Source of the DNA: a virus
Lineage: Duplodnaviria > Caudoviricetes
Reading direction: 5' to 3' (one strand)
Virus record (IMG/VR): IMGVR_UViG_3300032283_000266
Span: 1 to 37,325 of that record
Length of the DNA: 37,325 bases
Shown here piece by piece: positions 33,930-37,325 of this stretch; position 1 is the first letter of the stretch, and each line of letters starts with the position of its first letter. Position numbers and translations under genes: made by a program. The notes beneath the pieces are model-generated. The model was not told the origin of the DNA, searched no databases, and was given only the letters and a program-made list of their open reading frames with translations.

Positions 33930-35669
33930 GTGGGAGTACGTCCATCAGGCACATGGCATGATTTACCTGAACCGTTTGCAAGCGACTTCAGGTATTTTCT
34001 TTGTGTTGTATGGACGCACTTAGGGCTTCCTGAGCCAACGCCAATACAGCTAGACATTGCTGAGTTCATGCAGCACGGCCCTAAACGCCGCATTATCCAA
34101 GGTTATCGAGGTGTTGGTAAGTCATGGATGGCAGCGTCTTTTGTCTTGTGGAAGCTACGCCTTGATCCGCAGCAAAAGATCATGGTTAACTCTGCCAGTG
34201 GGCAGGAAGCAAAGAACTTCACAACCTTTTGTCTACAGCTAATACGTGATATGCCACTCCTGCGGTGTCTTGAACCGCAACGGGAAGAGCAGCGATCTGC
34301 TGTACATGCGTTTGACGTACGTCAATCAAAACCAGATAAAAGCCCTTCTGTAAAAGCTGTTGGGATATTTGGACAGGTAACTGGTTCCAGAGCTGATTTA
34401 ATAATCCCAGACGACATTGAAACCCCTACAACGTCCTGGTCAGTAGGGATGAGGGAGAAGCTGTTGGCAGCTGTTGGGGAATACAACGCCATCCTTAAAC
34501 CTGGTGGTGAAGTGATGTACCTCGGCACGCCACAAACTGAAGAGTCAATTTATAACAAACTTCTCCACAAAGGGTTTTTTACTCGTATCTGGCCGGCCCG
34601 TTACCCAGACAAACCAGATAAATACGGCGATTTACTTGCTCCTATTGTTAAAGAACAATGTGCAGCTCTAAAAAACAAACCAGTTGACCCAGGCAGGTTT
34701 AGTGAAATTGACTTGCTTGAACGGGAAGTCAGTTACGGCAGGTCTCAATTTGCTTTGCAGTTTCAGCTGGATACCTCGCTGTCTGACATGCAACGGTTCC
34801 CACTTAAGCTGTCAGATTTAATGGTCATTGAGGTGTCAGATCATGCACCTGAAAAGCTTATATGGTCTACCGGTGCTGAATATCGCATTACCGATCTCCC
34901 TGCAGTTGGGTTTTCTGGTGATTACTACCACCGCCCTGCCTTTATTCATGGTGATTGGTTGCCTTTTGCTGGATGCGCCATGTTTATTGACCCCTCCGGT
35001 AGGGGTGCAGACGAAACTGCTTACGCTGTTGTCGCGCATTTAAACGGCAACCTATTCCTTTTAGAAGCTGGGGCATTTTCTGACGGGTACACAGAAGCAG
35101 TCTTAGAAGGTTTGGCTCTTGCAGCCAAACGCAACAAGGTAAATCTGATCCTGTTAGAGGACCAATTTGGCCAAGGCATGTTGGAATCACTCCTGAAGCC
35201 TTACTTACGTCAACATCACCCCTGCACAGTCGAACCAGTACGCAGCAATATCCAGAAAGAACGCCGCATTATTAGTGCACTTGAACCAGTGCTAAACCAA
35301 CACCGACTTATTGTGAATAGGTCTGTTGTTGAAGCGGATAGCCGCGGCCGCGACGACGATGCCATAGAACGCAAGTTGGCATATCAGCTATTTCACCAGC
35401 TGACCCACATCACCTACGACAAAAACTGCCTGCAGCACGACGACCGTTTAGATGCTTTGGCAGGTGTGGTCGAATATTGGAACGAGTCCTTAGCTATTGA
35501 TGAAGACAAGGCCATGGCTGACCGTAAAGACGAACTTTGGGACTTAGAGTTAGAAGCCTTCATGGGCAATATTGACGGTGCACTTGACGCTCAAGTTATG
35601 GGAATGGATCTGGCAAAAGTGGCCAGGAAAAGCAGCGGCACCTGGATGCGATCACGGGCAACGGCTTAG
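33930..35669 (+). CDS. terL: Terminase large subunit (gp19-like)
   Basis: GYRGVGKS Walker A, TGSRAD-LIIPDDIE Walker B, YLGTPQ, DPSGRGADET, KERRII..LEP, HDDRLDA. Confidence 0.97.
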   Translation: MGVRPSGTWHDLPEPFASDFRYFLCVVWTHLGLPEPTPIQLDIAEFMQHGPKRRIIQGYRGVGKSWMAASFVLWKLRLDPQQKIMVNSASGQEAKNFTTFCLQLIRDMPLLRCLEPQREEQRSAVHAFDVRQSKPDKSPSVKAVGIFGQVTGSRADLIIPDDIETPTTSWSVGMREKLLAAVGEYNAILKPGGEVMYLGTPQTEESIYNKLLHKGFFTRIWPARYPDKPDKYGDLLAPIVKEQCAALKNKPVDPGRFSEIDLLEREVSYGRSQFALQFQLDTSLSDMQRFPLKLSDLMVIEVSDHAPEKLIWSTGAEYRITDLPAVGFSGDYYHRPAFIHGDWLPFAGCAMFIDPSGRGADETAYAVVAHLNGNLFLLEAGAFSDGYTEAVLEGLALAAKRNKVNLILLEDQFGQGMLESLLKPYLRQHHPCTVEPVRSNIQKERRIISALEPVLNQHRLIVNRSVVEADSRGRDDDAIERKLAYQLFHQLTHITYDKNCLQHDDRLDALAGVVEYWNESLAIDEDKAMADRKDELWDLELEAFMGNIDGALDAQVMGMDLAKVARKSSGTWMRSRATA

Positions 35670-35886
35670 GAAATCTAAAGTTTGGGTGGTCCGGGTGCCG
35701 GGGGTTTATCGCTACCCTTTTCGCAATATAAGCCGCGGCTCTTTCCAAACCATAGTGGTGGCCCAAAGCGAAGCAATGGCTTGGGAATTAGCCAGCCAAG
35801 ACGCAAGCTGGGATGCACTTCCGTTCCCCGTTGAGCACCCTTCAATATTTCCGCGTGATGCCATCACTTGTGAGAAACCCCAATGA
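35572..35886 (+). CDS. Hypothetical protein (start uncertain)
   Basis: Frame fills the gap after terL and ends in an ATGA overlap with the next gene. Confidence 0.5.
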   Translation: MTVHLTLKLWEWIWQKWPGKAAAPGCDHGQRLRKSKVWVVRVPGVYRYPFRNISRGSFQTIVVAQSEAMAWELASQDASWDALPFPVEHPSIFPRDAITCEKPQ

Positions 35887-36059
35887 TTCCTCCCGTTATT
35901 TTCATGGAGCCAAACGCAGATACTCCTAGCGGAGTCTTGTGTACTATTACCTACAACGGTTTAGTTAAACAGCACAGCCAAAAATGGCAAGCTATTGTGT
36001 TTTATCGTCAACTGTATGAGATGTATGAGCGCGACGTAGCCATGAAATCAGCCGAATAA
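35883..36059 (+). CDS. Hypothetical 58-aa protein (H.Q.WQA.VFY type)
   Basis: Manual translation MIPPVIFMEPNADTPSGVLCTITYNGLVKQHSQKWQAIVFYRQLYEMYERDVAMKSAE; ATGA overlap. Confidence 0.65.
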   Translation: MIPPVIFMEPNADTPSGVLCTITYNGLVKQHSQKWQAIVFYRQLYEMYERDVAMKSAE

Positions 36060-36333
36060 CACGGTTAATATCCCACATTTCTGTTTGTGACCACCATTCA
36101 AATACAGGTTGATGCCCCTTTTTGCGGTTGCACATGCTGCAGCAAGTTGCAAGGTTATACCTTGTTGTCCTACCGCCTGCTTTTTTGGGCACAATATGGT
36201 CAAGGGTAATCTTATCAAAATGCTTGCCGCATACATAACAACAACTATCCCATTCTTCTATGATTGATTTTCTAAACTTAGCCTTTGTGATTTTCTTAGA
36301 AAGGAGTTCAGTTTCATCAATCTGGTGTTCCAT
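35992..36333 (-). CDS. HNH endonuclease
   Basis: CYVCG..TLDHIVPKKAGG..NLATCCSMCNRKKG. Confidence 0.92.
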   Translation of the reverse strand: MEHQIDETELLSKKITKAKFRKSIIEEWDSCCYVCGKHFDKITLDHIVPKKAGGRTTRYNLATCCSMCNRKKGHQPVFEWWSQTEMWDINRVIRLISWLRRAHTSHTVDDKTQ

Positions 36334-36499
36334 TTAATTTAGGAAGTAGGTAGGAATCAACATCATGGGCGAGCAAATGGCCGTCGCTAGCTGCCATTTC
36401 TTTTAGCATGGAAGCAATGTTGTCTTCCACCGTTTCGGCATCATAGGGGCTGTAAACAGCAATAAGAGCCCATACCTCAACAACATGCTGGTTGATCAT
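36317..36499 (-). CDS. Hypothetical 60-aa protein
   Basis: TAATG coupling to the phosphoesterase stop; overlaps the HNH start. Confidence 0.65.
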   Translation of the reverse strand: MINQHVVEVWALIAVYSPYDAETVEDNIASMLKEMAASDGHLLAHDVDSYLLPKLNGTPD

Positions 36500-37325
36500 T
36501 AAGTGGCAAACTCACAAGATATAGCTACGCCGCCTTTATCCCTTGGCCGTAACTTTAGCCAGAGCCCGCCCAGCGACTTCGGCATAGCAATCTTCTCGAC
36601 TGCGAATCCTCCAAATTTGCCAAATTCTTCTTTGTAAGTCCCACTTTGCAAGTGTAATCTGTCGGTTATTTCTACGGTACCAACAGCATTAGGCATATAG
36701 CAAGTATGCGTTACAACTGTTCTTTCGTGGTTGTGACCATTAAGAACAATGTTTGCTGTTGGGAATATATTAAAATACCGCGACCCACCAAGGGTGCCTT
36801 TAGTCACTACTCCACCCCATACACCGTGGTGAAAAGCCAAGGTAGTCATGCGCACCTTACCTTGTGAACCGTCTGGATTTTGCTGATAGAACTTGATAAA
36901 AATAAAACCTTGATAACTCATGTGTTCTACTTTAGATCCTTTCTCGCGCATTAAACGGGTTACATTGCGCAAAGGATCTACCTCGTTATGTTTCATAATG
37001 GCAGTCTCGTGGTTGCCATCGCTCATCATGTAGATGTTATCTCCCCATCTGCTAAGAAAATTAGCACCTTCTTCAAATACAGTATCGAAATAAGCACCTT
37101 TTAAATGGCCAATACGAATGCTTCCCTTATCCGCCCTGCGATCCTTTGATCCCTGCATTAAACAAAAAACGTCACCAAAGAAAAGTGATGGTGCATTTTT
37201 AGCCTTAGCCTCATCCAAATGCCGTGCAAATAGTTTGCGGTCGCACTTGGGATTATCCAGGTGAATATCAGAAGCTAGAAAGAATTCAAACGTTTCCCCG
37301 CATTTATATGGGATGCGGAACTCTA
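36499..37325 (-). CDS. Calcineurin-like metallophosphoesterase, 3' part (begins at 157 across the junction)
   Basis: SDIH, GD, GNHE, HHG and GHNH motifs. Confidence 0.88.
   Translation of the reverse strand, partial: EFRIPYKCGETFEFFLASDIHLDNPKCDRKLFARHLDEAKAKNAPSLFFGDVFCLMQGSKDRRADKGSIRIGHLKGAYFDTVFEEGANFLSRWGDNIYMMSDGNHETAIMKHNEVDPLRNVTRLMREKGSKVEHMSYQGFIFIKFYQQNPDGSQGKVRMTTLAFHHGVWGGVVTKGTLGGSRYFNIFPTANIVLNGHNHERTVVTHTCYMPNAVGTVEITDRLHLQSGTYKEEFGKFGGFAVEKIAMPKSLGGLWLKLRPRDKGGVAISCEFAT

Overview
The window looks like a complete, circularly assembled T7-like podovirus (Autographiviridae-type) genome of about 37,202 bp. Bases 1-123 are identical to 37203-37325 and one gene reads through that junction. 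The small-gene repertoire and the Shine-Dalgarno-free leaders suggest a picocyanobacterial host (inference). The minus strand carries the T7 core: single-subunit RNA polymerase, SSB, endonuclease I, primase-helicase, exonuclease, portal, scaffold, major capsid, tail tubular A/B, gp13-16-like internal virion proteins, tail fibre, putative lysis genes, a metallophosphoesterase and an HNH nuclease. I see no DNA polymerase, ribonucleotide reductase, integrase or photosynthesis gene. A 4-gene early-type cassette and the terS-terL operon lie on the plus strand, on either side of a ~1 kb non-coding region that is probably the physical genome end. Most notable observations: (1) the ejection proteins carry repeat expansions of matching physical length (7x18-aa helix and 7x9-aa polyproline in gp14, 7x9-aa polyproline in gp15, a ~150-aa helix in the gp6.7-like protein), suggesting a lengthened, ruler-like ejectosome; (2) a probable -1 frameshift at A_AAA_AAG fusing a holin-like microgene to a start-less ORF; (3) an NrdR-like Zn ribbon in the usual DNA polymerase position, next to a helicase lacking the acidic tail; (4) structured RNA leaders before terS and the capsid gene. 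All product calls come from motif recognition and synteny by eye; no database search was run.
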